Origin: a virus
Reading direction: 5' to 3' (one strand)
Virus record (IMG/VR): IMGVR_UViG_3300024981_000003
DNA length: 64,000 nucleotides
The notes beneath the pieces were generated by a model, which saw nothing but the letters and a program-made list of their open reading frames with translations, was not told the origin of the DNA and did not search any database. A program made the translations under genes and the position numbers. This document shows, piece by piece, positions 34,382 through 43,603 of the stretch (position 1 is the first letter of the stretch; each line of letters starts with the position of its first letter).

Positions 34382-35061
34382 TTACGAGTTGCCCCGGATG
34401 GCGCTTGCCATCCGGGACTGAAAATCGGCGTACCGTTTTGAAGCTTCGACGAGCCGCGACAGCGGCATCAGGACGGCTGCCGGTTCCTGGAGCGAGCCGG
34501 CGGAGATTGCGCAGGTGGTAATGACGAGGTCGTACCAAGCGTCTCCGTCTGGGCTCTTTTCGTCGTCGAGCGCGATCCGATAAAAAAACTTCCGAACGCC
34601 GTCAGCACGCGCTCAAGCTGCTCCATGCCGCCTTTTTCAACGATATCGCCCCACACCGCGTCATTGACGACGATGCGCTCGACGAGCGGCGTATCGGTAT
34701 TGCCGATGTAGCAGAGCGACAAATGCCCGGTGAGCTGGCGCTGCACGTAATCGCAGAACTTCGAATAGCCTTCGACGCCGAGCGTCAGGCGCATCTGTTC
34801 CAGAAGATCGGGCTCGTTGTCCGCCGCGCTGGCCGCCGGCGTTTCGGCGTTCTCGTCCGGCGTTGGGATCGTCACGTCCTTGAAGAGCTTCATCAGGCCC
34901 TTCTCCGCTTCGCCGAGATAGCCGCGCATCGTGCGATAGACGTCGCGCTTCTCGTAGTTCGGCTCGCAGACGGTGATCTGGTTGGCCTGCTCGAAGGTGC
35001 CGCTGCGGGAATATTTGAAATGAAAATCGAACTCGACGGTCTTGCTGATTGCGCGTGTCAT
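34382..35061 (-). CDS. Tail assembly chaperone -1 frameshift fusion product (G-T-like)
   Basis: After AGU UUU UUU the -1 frame reads YRIALDDEKSPDGDAWYDLVITTCAIS...RGNS, stopping at 34382-34384. This frame has fewer A/T third positions than the zero-frame tail. Confidence 0.5.
34468..35061 (-). CDS. Tail assembly chaperone (zero-frame product)
   Basis: Position between the tube and TMP genes. Contains the slippery run U UUU UUU at 34582-34588. Confidence 0.65.
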   Translation of the reverse strand: MTRAISKTVEFDFHFKYSRSGTFEQANQITVCEPNYEKRDVYRTMRGYLGEAEKGLMKLFKDVTIPTPDENAETPAASAADNEPDLLEQMRLTLGVEGYSKFCDYVQRQLTGHLSLCYIGNTDTPLVERIVVNDAVWGDIVEKGGMEQLERVLTAFGSFFIGSRSTTKRAQTETLGTTSSLPPAQSPPARSRNRQPS

Positions 35062-35090
35062 GGCTTACCCCTCTATTTTCCTGCCTGATT

Positions 35091-35124
35091 GAAAATAAAA
35101 ACGGCGGCCCCCAGGACCGCCGTT
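35091..35124 (-). terminator. Intrinsic terminator after the tail tube gene
   Basis: Minus strand reads AACGGCGG-N9-CCGCCGUU followed by UUUAUUUUC. Confidence 0.75.
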
Positions 35125-35155
35125 CATTCGTGCTTGTTCGTCGCTCGGCTAAATT

Positions 35156-35563
35156 TTAGCCGACGTACATGCCTTCCCACTCGAGCGGGATGTTGCCGTC
35201 GCCCTTCATGTGAATGTCGGTGTCCTTGGTCAACTGCATCTGCTGGTAGGGAAACTGCCCGTCCAACTCGACGATGTTGATCGTCGAAAAGACGCCGTTG
35301 ATCATGTTCGCTTTCCACTTGCGAACGAGATCGGCATTCTGCTGTGTCGATGGAATTTCCATCTTCACCTTGCCGATCAGGGTTTCCGCGTTGATGCCGG
35401 CCACGATCTGGCCGGAGCCGCCGCCCGAGGACATGAACCGGACCTTGGCATCGCCCGGAACCGTGATCGTGACCGAGTTCGGAACGATCGGGACGACGAC
35501 GTCATCGATCACAACCTTCGGCGTCGAGAGCGTCTTGGTTGCATAAGTTGCTGATTGTGCCAT
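35156..35563 (-). CDS. Tail tube protein
   Basis: 135 aa. Immediately downstream of the sheath gene. Followed by a strong terminator. Confidence 0.65.
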   Translation of the reverse strand: MAQSATYATKTLSTPKVVIDDVVVPIVPNSVTITVPGDAKVRFMSSGGGSGQIVAGINAETLIGKVKMEIPSTQQNADLVRKWKANMINGVFSTINIVELDGQFPYQQMQLTKDTDIHMKGDGNIPLEWEGMYVG

Positions 35564-35588
35564 TTCCTAAAGTGCTCCTTGCGCCGGA

Positions 35589-37151
35589 TTAGGTGAGCGA
35601 GAACGTGTACTTCACAGTGCCGAGCATCGTTTCGAGCTGCGAGACCATCGGCACGACGAGCGTGATCGCCGCTTCGCGCGCGTTCAGATCGAGGTCGACG
35701 ACCATGTTGTCTTGGATGAACTGCCGCGACTGCTGCCCCTTCTGGACGAGCGCCTGATCCATGAGATCGACGCAAAGCCCGAGGATGAAGCCGGAGATCA
35801 TCTGCTTCGTCGCCATCGCGTAGTTGGCGACGGCTTCGCCCCCCGTCAGACGGTATTGGGCGAAGCGCTTGCGGCAGTTCAAAACCAGATACTCGCGGAT
35901 GGCGCCGTGCGTATCGCGCCATTCCAGATACTTCCACGTATCGTCGGGATTGCCCGCAACGTCGTCGAGCCACGTCGTGACAACCGCGCCCATCACGACG
36001 CCTGTAAACGAGCGGTTCGCACCCGCCACGGTCACGCCGGCGTTCTCGAGTTCGCGCTGCTCGGCCGCCGAATAGCCCGTACCGTTGAGCGGCAAGTCGA
36101 CGCCGAGCAACGGGGTGTTGAAGTAGGGGAGCGAGCACTTGTCCATGCCGCCGAACTGATCCTTCGATTCATTCGTCGCGACGATGTCGGAGATCGAGAT
36201 CTGCGGTTCGTAGCGCCGCGCCCGAGCGGCGCAGAAGTTCGCCGCGAGAAGATCGGGCGCCTCTGGAAGATGCGGGCCGATCCAGCGCGTCGCGACGTTG
36301 TTCGACTTGTTCGTCATCAGGACGATTTCAGACGAGTTCATCGCCTGCGCTTCCGTCAACACCGTCGCAAAGTCGGAACTCGACCAGATGAAGGCGCGCC
36401 CTTCCTGGATATCGTTGTCGACGTTCTTGCTTGCGTCGAGAAACGTCTTCAGCCCCGTGCGCACCCAGGTCGACGGCCAGACAATGTGCTGATGGCGCAT
36501 GTTGGCGATCGGATCGAAGATGCCGGTCAGGCTCGGATCGGTTGCACCTCCCGTCCATGCCGTCAGCGTCGCTGTCAGGCCGGCAACGGCCCCCTCGATG
36601 ATGATCGGCCATCCGTTCGCGTGCGTGCCTTTGCTGCCCGCCGTAAACGTCACCTTGTTGTCGTTGGGATTGATGCCTTGAGCCGTGGTAAACGGCATCG
36701 AGCCGCCGAGCGCGACCTGGGCTGCAAGTTTGCCGGCGACGACGACCGCGGTATCACCCACGGCGACGTCGACCTTGAACGTATGCTGGCTCTTCGACGC
36801 GACCGAGACGAGATAGGAGCCGGCCGCGGTCGCGGTGCCTGCGAACGTGATGCTCGCGGCGGCTGCGGTCGACGATCCGGCGTCGGCGAACACGATGGCG
36901 TCCATGATCGTCCATGGATTGACGCGCCGCCACGCCTTCGCAATGAAAGCACCCATCGACGTCGGGCCGAACAAGGCATCAAGTTCCGCCGACGTGCGTG
37001 GAATGTCGGTATTCAAGCCGACGGGCGCGGAACCGGCCGCCGTCTTTTGCAGGACAAGCAGGGCTCGATTGGTTTCGAGACCGACCTTTTGGTCCGAGTT
37101 CACGATGTTGAACGTGACGCGCGGATAGGCGACTGCGGAGGATTGGGCCAT
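35589..37151 (-). CDS. Contractile tail sheath protein
   Basis: 520 aa. Position upstream of tube, chaperone and TMP. Assignment is mainly by synteny. Confidence 0.65.
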   Translation of the reverse strand: MAQSSAVAYPRVTFNIVNSDQKVGLETNRALLVLQKTAAGSAPVGLNTDIPRTSAELDALFGPTSMGAFIAKAWRRVNPWTIMDAIVFADAGSSTAAAASITFAGTATAAGSYLVSVASKSQHTFKVDVAVGDTAVVVAGKLAAQVALGGSMPFTTAQGINPNDNKVTFTAGSKGTHANGWPIIIEGAVAGLTATLTAWTGGATDPSLTGIFDPIANMRHQHIVWPSTWVRTGLKTFLDASKNVDNDIQEGRAFIWSSSDFATVLTEAQAMNSSEIVLMTNKSNNVATRWIGPHLPEAPDLLAANFCAARARRYEPQISISDIVATNESKDQFGGMDKCSLPYFNTPLLGVDLPLNGTGYSAAEQRELENAGVTVAGANRSFTGVVMGAVVTTWLDDVAGNPDDTWKYLEWRDTHGAIREYLVLNCRKRFAQYRLTGGEAVANYAMATKQMISGFILGLCVDLMDQALVQKGQQSRQFIQDNMVVDLDLNAREAAITLVVPMVSQLETMLGTVKYTFSLT

Positions 37152-37154
37152 GGC

Positions 37155-37391
37155 TTAGCGAGCCTTCATTTTCGGAGCTTCTGGGGACGCAACGGGCGGG
37201 GTGGACGTTGAGGACGAGGCTTCACCCGCAATCGCGAGAAAGCCCTTCTTGTGCGCCTCCTCCTCGAAGCGGCGACGCCAGAAGAAGTCGACCGGAATTC
37301 CATCCGCATCGACCTCGATCGTGAATGTCTCTCCTGGCCTTTTGCCGTTGAGCGCGACGCTCGACGTATTGGTGAGTGTGATTGTAGCCAT
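37155..37391 (-). CDS. Hypothetical small virion-module protein (78 aa)
   Basis: Track ORF between the 412-aa gene and the sheath gene. Confidence 0.5.
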   Translation of the reverse strand: MATITLTNTSSVALNGKRPGETFTIEVDADGIPVDFFWRRRFEEEAHKKGFLAIAGEASSSTSTPPVASPEAPKMKAR

Positions 37392-37400
37392 TGCCCCCTC

Positions 37401-38639
37401 TTACGGCTGATAATCGAGATCGACCGAACCCTGCAGCGGCTGCGGCCGGCCTTGCTGAAAAATGCCCGGATCGAAAACGATTTTTGAAATCGGAACCGTG
37501 CCCTGCGGCGCGATGCTGTCGGGAATTTCGCCGTCCCAAAGCGCAGTGAGGTCCGGAACCTCGATCGATGGCGCGATGTCCTCGGGCGACAGATAGACCG
37601 TCGCCTCAAACGAGTAGTTGTGGACATAATTGGCGCGGTTGTAGAGCGATGCGCGATGCCCCGAGAGCATCGTCACAAACGGATTGGGCACCGCGAGTTC
37701 GGTGTAGGGAAGCCGCAAGCCGTTGAAGGTTCTGAGAACCGCCTTGAAGACCGGGCCCTGCGCTTTATCAATCGCTCCGACGCCACCGCCGTAGCGTTCG
37801 CAGGGCATGAGCACGTAGATCTCATAGCCGTCCATCAGCAATTGCCGGATGAAGGCGCCGGGCTGGATTTCGGCGATGGCATCCGATCGCGAACTGCGGT
37901 CGCGCGATAGCCGGGTATCGCGCCGCGGACAGATGAACATGTAGGATTGGTCGAACGGCCGCCCGAGCAGTTCTTGCGTCAGTTCATCGGCGCGCGTGAC
38001 GTGGCGCAGGGCATGATCGAGATCGACAGCGCCCCAGATGCGGATGTTCGTCACGACCCTCGGATTGACGATTGCAAAAGATCGCGTGATTCCGGCTACG
38101 GGAAACGAAAGCGTCGTTTCATCGACGACGGTGGCCTTGTGCCAGCCGACGATCTGCCGTTCCATGCGCTCGATCAGCGCCGCGTCGGCCGTCGGATTGG
38201 CCGGCAGCGAGATCGGACCGGCCGGGCGCACGATCAGAGACAAGGCATCCGGCACCGCAACGAGCTGGACGCCTTGCCGGCCATCGAGGCCGATGATGTC
38301 GGTGTTCTGAAACAGCGCGACCGAATTCCATGCCAGATATTTGGACGCATCCGGCGTGGTCGAAAGCGTGTGCGGATACTGGACCGAGATCAGGACGTCA
38401 CCGGGCTTGGCATGCCCGTTGGCCGCGTTGAACTGTGACCAGGCAACGATCGGGTTGGGAACGTAGGCGTCGGTCACCGATAGCGCGATTTCCTCTTCTT
38501 CTCCGTGCGGATCGGCCGTCGTGAGCGTCACAACGCCGTTCGCGACCGTCATCGACGCGACCGGCAGCGTATCGCTGAACAGATCCGTCAGGACCGGCAC
38601 GCGCATGGCAGCGAGAAGAACGAGCGGCGTGATTTTCAT
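37401..38639 (-). CDS. Hypothetical structural protein in neck/tail-terminator position (412 aa)
   Basis: ATGA-coupled to the HK97 gp10-like gene. No motif recognised. Confidence 0.55.
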   Translation of the reverse strand: MKITPLVLLAAMRVPVLTDLFSDTLPVASMTVANGVVTLTTADPHGEEEEIALSVTDAYVPNPIVAWSQFNAANGHAKPGDVLISVQYPHTLSTTPDASKYLAWNSVALFQNTDIIGLDGRQGVQLVAVPDALSLIVRPAGPISLPANPTADAALIERMERQIVGWHKATVVDETTLSFPVAGITRSFAIVNPRVVTNIRIWGAVDLDHALRHVTRADELTQELLGRPFDQSYMFICPRRDTRLSRDRSSRSDAIAEIQPGAFIRQLLMDGYEIYVLMPCERYGGGVGAIDKAQGPVFKAVLRTFNGLRLPYTELAVPNPFVTMLSGHRASLYNRANYVHNYSFEATVYLSPEDIAPSIEVPDLTALWDGEIPDSIAPQGTVPISKIVFDPGIFQQGRPQPLQGSVDLDYQP

Positions 38640-39109
38640 CCCGCCCCCGCCATCGCCCGAAAGATGATCTGCTCGAGAATATTGCGGATGATGCCGTCCG
38701 AATCCTCGATCGCTTTGAGGAGGTTCGGGCGCGCGCCCATGCGATCCGTTCCCTCCTCCTGAAACCCGGCGTGCGGGCTCGTCGAATGAAACGAGATCGT
38801 GTCACCCTGCATCGTGTAATCGATCGAGTTGACGAGATTGCCGCTGTCGTTGGCCGAATACTCGCCCGGCGCCGACGCCTGATGCGCCGGGCGCGAGCCG
38901 TACGAAATCACCTTTCGCGTCGGGCCGGTTCCGAGCGTGAAAAACAGCGTGTCGTAGACGCGCCCGGACTTGGCGCCGTTCAAGATGCCTTCGCGGGCCT
39001 GCCGGACGAGCTGCTGGCCGACCATGTGTCCGGCCTCCTCCATCCCGAGGCGAATCCGCCCCGCAAGACCTTCCATGCCGTCGAAGTTGCCGTTCTGAGA
39101 GAAGCTCAT
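38636..39109 (-). CDS. HK97 gp10-like tail-completion/neck protein
   Basis: ATG at 39109 (ATGA overlap). HQASAPGEYSANDSGNLVNSI matches the gp10-family core. Confidence 0.6.
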   Translation of the reverse strand: MSFSQNGNFDGMEGLAGRIRLGMEEAGHMVGQQLVRQAREGILNGAKSGRVYDTLFFTLGTGPTRKVISYGSRPAHQASAPGEYSANDSGNLVNSIDYTMQGDTISFHSTSPHAGFQEEGTDRMGARPNLLKAIEDSDGIIRNILEQIIFRAMAGAG

Positions 39110-39477
39110 CGAGCCGCCTCCACCGTTTCCGCGCCTTGCGCGGCGCAATGAATGAGGAGTTCGCGGTCCGCCTCGTCCTTGTTCTCGACGGCCAGGATCG
39201 CATAGAGCGTGCCGCGCGCGTCGCGCACATAGTCCTGAATGTCGAAGGGGAGCGTCGTGTAGCGGATCGAGAACGTGTGCGAGACGCGTTTGCCGTTGAT
39301 CTCGACCGCCGCGATTTCGGCAACGCCGCCGCGGGTCTTGACGCTGGCGCGAGTCACGAACTTGCGGGTGAAGTCGTGGCGCGGCTCGGCCGATCCTGGC
39401 TTTGCCGACTTGATGGCCCGCGTCACGACCTCGATCGAGAAGGGCCGATAGACGGATATGCCGACGCTTTTCGCCAT
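39106..39477 (-). CDS. Head closure / head-tail adaptor protein
   Basis: 123 aa. Family-like pattern VSHTFSIRYTTLPFDIQDYV...YAILAVEN. Synteny. Confidence 0.65.
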   Translation of the reverse strand: MAKSVGISVYRPFSIEVVTRAIKSAKPGSAEPRHDFTRKFVTRASVKTRGGVAEIAAVEINGKRVSHTFSIRYTTLPFDIQDYVRDARGTLYAILAVENKDEADRELLIHCAAQGAETVEAAR

Positions 39478-40151
39478 TAGCCCGCTACCACCGAAAAATA
39501 TCTGTACGGCGAAAGAAGCGCCTGCGCCGTCGTCGGGATGATGCTCGGTGCCTGCTGATGCTTGAGTGCGTAGACTGACCGCACCGCGCTCTGACCGGCA
39601 TCATCGGCGCGCGCATGATCCAGTGCCGCGATCGTCTGCATCAGAGCGTTGATGATTTCGTCGGGAAGATCTTTCTTCTCCCATCCCGACTGCACCGTGA
39701 CGCGGACGGCATCGTAGCGATTGGCGGCCCGTGGCCACGACATGCCTTCCGCCAGATTGACGACACCGCAGCGCTGCGCGGCCTTGCCCCAGACGTAATA
39801 GGACGGGTCAAGCGTGAGGATCTCTCCGGTCGCATAGTCCACGTATTCGATTTTCGTTACCGAGCGAAATGGCCGGCAGATCACGCGCATCGAATTGTAG
39901 AAACCCGGAAAGTTGCCGACCCACGTCGTTGTCAGCAGCGACATTTTGCAGTGATGCTCGATGGCCTTCTGCGCCTGGATGATGAAGGCTTGCTTTTCCG
40001 CGTTGAAGAAATTGTCTTCCTGCGGAATGTTCAGAAAATCCTTCACCGTGTTGAGGTCGATCGCGAACGCGCCCGGCTTTGCCACGATCTCCCATTCGGC
40101 GATCGTGGCCTGCGGCAGGGCGATAAGCGGGGCGCGTTCCGGAAAGAACAT
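39477..40151 (-). CDS. Head-tail connector (gp6-like), positional call
   Basis: 224 aa. Immediately upstream of the head-closure gene. Confidence 0.5.
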   Translation of the reverse strand: MFFPERAPLIALPQATIAEWEIVAKPGAFAIDLNTVKDFLNIPQEDNFFNAEKQAFIIQAQKAIEHHCKMSLLTTTWVGNFPGFYNSMRVICRPFRSVTKIEYVDYATGEILTLDPSYYVWGKAAQRCGVVNLAEGMSWPRAANRYDAVRVTVQSGWEKKDLPDEIINALMQTIAALDHARADDAGQSAVRSVYALKHQQAPSIIPTTAQALLSPYRYFSVVAG

Positions 40152-40157
40152 TAGCGG

Positions 40158-40364
40158 TTAGCCCTTCGGATTTGGCTTCGTTGCGTACGTGCGCGGCGTG
40201 AAGTCCTGCTGCTGAGCAAGAGAATTGCCGTTGAAATTCATCGGCCCGCCGACAACCGAGACCGAATTGCGGCTCGACGCCCCCTGCATTGCGGCGTGGG
40301 CATTCATGCCGACCTGCGCCGCATGGCTCGGTGCGGCCTGCACGGGAGTTACTTTTTTCGCCAT
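40158..40364 (-). CDS. Hypothetical small protein (68 aa)
   Basis: ATG at 40364 (MAKKVTPVQAAP...) with an AAAGGA SD, inside track ORF 40158-40448. Confidence 0.4.
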   Translation of the reverse strand: MAKKVTPVQAAPSHAAQVGMNAHAAMQGASSRNSVSVVGGPMNFNGNSLAQQQDFTPRTYATKPNPKG

Positions 40365-40437
40365 CGGTGTCGATCCTTTCTGAGGTAGACCTGAAGAGAG
40401 TTGGTCGGTGCGCATCACCATGATCATTGCTCCGCCA

Positions 40438-41130
40438 TCACGATGCACCTTCGGCGCGCGCCTGGCGGCCGGCGATGATCGCTCTGAGATTGGTCTCGTT
40501 GCGCGTGCCGCGGTTATGATTGCCGTTCCCCTGCTCGCCCTCGTCCTTCGACGCGGCTTGCCGGCGTTCGTAGGTCTGATTGGCGCGCGCGAAATCTTTC
40601 TTCTGGCCCGCCGTCATCACGCGCGGCGGCTCGTTGTTGCCGGCCGGGCCCGACGGCACCGATTTCGTTCCGTCGGCGTTGCGCCCCATCGCCCAGTTGA
40701 AAAGACCGAGCGAAATGGAATCCGCCGCGCCCCACGCGGCCCCCTCGACGGCGCCGACGACGCCGTCCTTCTGGTATCCCTTGATGCCCTGATAAATTGC
40801 CTCACCGCCAGCAGCCACAGCGGTCAGCGGCACGGCCATCTTGCCGAGAACGCTCAGGGCTTTCGGCGCGGCGTGCGCGATGTCCGCCATCGTCGAGCCC
40901 GCGACCATCGGAATGGCGGCAATGCCTTTCTGGGCGACGGCCGCGTTGCGCGCCACCGACGCGGACGTGTCGATGCTGCGCTGGCCCGGCGCAAGTTCCG
41001 GAAGCGGGGTTGCGGGGTTGCTCGGATTTGAAAGTTGGGCGCCGAAGGCAACATCCCGAAAATTCGGGACGTCCGCGCGCGTCGCGATCTTACCGCGACG
41101 ATCGGCCGACGTGTTGACACCCCCTGCCAT
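40438..41130 (-). CDS. Gly/Ala-rich hypothetical protein with glycine-zipper-like hydrophobic core
   Basis: ATG at 41130 with a GAGGGAAAAGG SD (the track start 41154 is TTG). Confidence 0.5.
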   Translation of the reverse strand: MAGGVNTSADRRGKIATRADVPNFRDVAFGAQLSNPSNPATPLPELAPGQRSIDTSASVARNAAVAQKGIAAIPMVAGSTMADIAHAAPKALSVLGKMAVPLTAVAAGGEAIYQGIKGYQKDGVVGAVEGAAWGAADSISLGLFNWAMGRNADGTKSVPSGPAGNNEPPRVMTAGQKKDFARANQTYERRQAASKDEGEQGNGNHNRGTRNETNLRAIIAGRQARAEGAS

Positions 41131-41194
41131 GTTGCCTTTTCCCTCGGCGCCCAATTCCGGTTCAGTCGTTCAGAAGTCGACGTTGGTCGGTGAC

Positions 41195-41698
41195 TTACTT
41201 GCCCTTCTTGCCGCCCTTGCCTTTCGGCGCAGGTGCAGGCGCGGCCTTCTTCGTCTCGGCCGGTTTCTGAGCGGCCTTGTTTTCAATGTTCGACGTCTTC
41301 AGCATGTCGTCTTCGTCCTCTTCCCCAGTTGCACCCTGTTGGTCGTAGCGGGCACGGATCTCAGCGAAGTATTCCTCGGCCTCGCGCTGCCCCATCGCTT
41401 CGCCGAGTTTCTTACGCACGTAAAAGCCCGCATCATTTTCGGCTGCGAACGTGATGATGTGGCCCGGCTCAACGCCGAACCATTGCGCTCGCCCCTGAGA
41501 CACGAACCATTGCGCGTCGTTGCCGTCGGCGAACGAAACGCATAATCCCGGCATGACGGGGACGGGCTGATTGTCGACGCACCAACTCCCTTCCTCCATC
41601 GCCATGACGAGCGCCCGCTCGCCGATCTTGTTGCCATGAGTGTCGACGACGTCGACGGACTTCCACGGTCCGGACGTCATCGCGCGAACGTGAAACAT
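41195..41698 (-). CDS. Hypothetical head-module protein with Lys-rich tail (167 aa)
   Basis: GAGGGG SD before ATG 41698. C-terminal KKAAPAPAPKGKGGKKGK. Confidence 0.55.
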   Translation of the reverse strand: MFHVRAMTSGPWKSVDVVDTHGNKIGERALVMAMEEGSWCVDNQPVPVMPGLCVSFADGNDAQWFVSQGRAQWFGVEPGHIITFAAENDAGFYVRKKLGEAMGQREAEEYFAEIRARYDQQGATGEEDEDDMLKTSNIENKAAQKPAETKKAAPAPAPKGKGGKKGK

Positions 41699-41729
41699 GA
41701 TGACCCCTCATCAGATTTTGCGTTGGAGA

Positions 41730-41769
41730 GAAGCGGCGCATCCTTTTTGCCCCAGAGATGCGCCGCTTC
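41730..41769 (-). other. 13-bp-stem hairpin without U-tract downstream of the capsid-adjacent gene
   Basis: GAAGCGGCGCATC-N14-GATGCGCCGCTTC. Possible RNA stabiliser, processing site or weak attenuator. Confidence 0.5.
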
Positions 41770-41786
41770 CGGTCGTGCGAGACGGA

Positions 41787-42263
41787 TTACGTCTCGATCA
41801 CCGCGCCGAGCGGATTGACCGGTCCGTGATACGACCAGCCCTTGCGCGCGATGCAGCCGACGAACGTGCCGGTTGCGTGTGTGCCGACAAAGACCGGCGT
41901 GCAGCGCGACCACCGCTTCTTGCCGCGGTAACCGACGCTCGGGATGTTGGCGTCCGCCGCCGCTTTCGCCGCGGTGTAGGACTTCACGATGCCGGTTCCA
42001 CCCGGTGCCGCAGCGCCCGGATCGAGGATCAGCGCATCATCAACTGGCGCAAACCAGTTGGTGTTGTCGTCCGATTCCTCGACCTTCCAGTCGATGCGGT
42101 TGTTCGTGGTGAACGTGATGCCACCGGCACCCGTGAACATCTCGAACGTGCAGGCGCCGAAGTCGAGCAGGTCAATCGCAACGGGCGTCGGCGTTGCCGT
42201 GACCGTTGCGAAGGCGACCGCGAGGACCGACTGCGCGTTGCTCTTGTCGTCATAATCAGCCAT
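41787..42263 (-). CDS. Hypothetical protein after capsid gene (possible decoration/auxiliary head protein)
   Basis: GGAGA SD. Followed by a 13-bp-stem hairpin. Confidence 0.5.
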   Translation of the reverse strand: MADYDDKSNAQSVLAVAFATVTATPTPVAIDLLDFGACTFEMFTGAGGITFTTNNRIDWKVEESDDNTNWFAPVDDALILDPGAAAPGGTGIVKSYTAAKAAADANIPSVGYRGKKRWSRCTPVFVGTHATGTFVGCIARKGWSYHGPVNPLGAVIET

Positions 42264-42294
42264 GGTGTGTGTCTCCGATTGATCCGAAAGCCGC

Positions 42295-43584
42295 TTACTT
42301 AATTCTGAGGAGCTTGATGGCTTCGGGGATCACCACGCGGCCGGTGTTGTAGCGACGGAACGTCCATTCCGTGATCGCATCTTTCTTGCGCGTCAGGTCA
42401 TCGCGGACGACTGAGATGCCCATGAGATCGTAGATCTCGTAGCCACGTCGCAAGTCGCCGAAGATGATACAGACGGAACCCGAACCCGACTGCGCGTCCG
42501 CAAGGTCGATGAAGTCCGAGTTATACGGGAAGCCCCAGATCGTTGCGGGCTTGTCGCCGGCAACCGGCGCCCAGATCGGCACGCCGATCGAAGACTTCAC
42601 GGCCTGCAGCGCGCCAAGCGTGCGACGGTTCATGTGGAACCACGGGTTCTGCCCGCGCTTCAACTTCGAAGCGATATTGATCATATCGCCCCAGTCGAGC
42701 TGGGCCGTCGTTCCCGTATCGATCGTCTCGATGCGTGAATCTTTGACGATACCCTGCGGGCCCTTGACGCCCATGCCGTTGACGAAGTTCTTGCCTTCGT
42801 TGAGGCCGAAGCTCTCGCCGACGTCCATGGCGATTTCCTGCTCGAGATTGAAAGCAGAAGAAATCATCATGTCGAGGGTGGCCGGGATGGTCACGGTCTG
42901 ACGATAGAGCGTGACCTGTTCGGAGCCGTAGGTCGACTGGTCGGTCGGCGAGGTTTCGCCTTCGCCTTCGTACGCGGCCGTCGGGATCGTAAGACGGCGC
43001 GGGATTTCGATCGTCTTGGACGTGGCGACGCGCGTACGTGCAAACAGGCGCACGGGCGACATTTCGGTGATGTTCTTGCGGATCTCGGTGTCGGTGACAG
43101 TCGGCACCAGATAGCCGCCCTGACCATCGGCGTCGGTGCGGAGCGTCTTGTAATCGAAGTGCGGAAGTTCCGCGCTCTTCGTCTTGAGGAAGTTCCAGAA
43201 GTCCTTGTATTCCGGAGCTTCGCGCGCGGCCTTCGCATCGTCGACGGCGGCGGCCGCGCCCTTGGCGACGAGCAGTTCCAGCGCTTCGATGCGCTTTTTC
43301 GTTTCGGCGTAAGCCTCGTCGTGACCCTTGAACACAAGGATCTGCTTCTCGGCTTCGACGAGTTTGTCTTTGAGTTCGTCGTTGGCCTTCTGAGTGGCGA
43401 CAAACTTTTCCGTCACCTGCGCATTGAGCTTTTCATGCGCTTCAAGGACGTTGCCGACCTTGGTCTTGACCTCCTGAACGAGAACGTCGTTAGAGGTGGT
43501 CTTTTCCGAATATTTTTCGAGTGCTTCCATGACCTGGCGAGCCATTGTCGCCGGGTCATCGGACAGCTTCACGCGCTCATTCAT
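42295..43584 (-). CDS. Major capsid protein, HK97 family, with N-terminal coiled-coil delta domain
   Basis: DGQGGYLVPTVTDTEIRKNITEMSPVRLFARTRV core. Position after the prohead protease. Confidence 0.9.
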   Translation of the reverse strand: MNERVKLSDDPATMARQVMEALEKYSEKTTSNDVLVQEVKTKVGNVLEAHEKLNAQVTEKFVATQKANDELKDKLVEAEKQILVFKGHDEAYAETKKRIEALELLVAKGAAAAVDDAKAAREAPEYKDFWNFLKTKSAELPHFDYKTLRTDADGQGGYLVPTVTDTEIRKNITEMSPVRLFARTRVATSKTIEIPRRLTIPTAAYEGEGETSPTDQSTYGSEQVTLYRQTVTIPATLDMMISSAFNLEQEIAMDVGESFGLNEGKNFVNGMGVKGPQGIVKDSRIETIDTGTTAQLDWGDMINIASKLKRGQNPWFHMNRRTLGALQAVKSSIGVPIWAPVAGDKPATIWGFPYNSDFIDLADAQSGSGSVCIIFGDLRRGYEIYDLMGISVVRDDLTRKKDAITEWTFRRYNTGRVVIPEAIKLLRIK

Positions 43585-43603
43585 GGGTGCGTTGTCCTGC
43601 GGG

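Noticed and set aside
34468-34581. Zero-frame C-terminal tail of the chaperone taken as the sole product
   Set aside because: The low-complexity tail and the U7 slippery run favour a frameshifted product. Both products are listed because the zero-frame stop is real.
35712-37211. 499-aa plus-strand ORF
   Set aside because: It is antisense to the tail sheath gene. Its Arg/Gly/Asp-rich low-complexity composition is typical of shadow ORFs in GC-rich DNA, and it has no SD or operon context.
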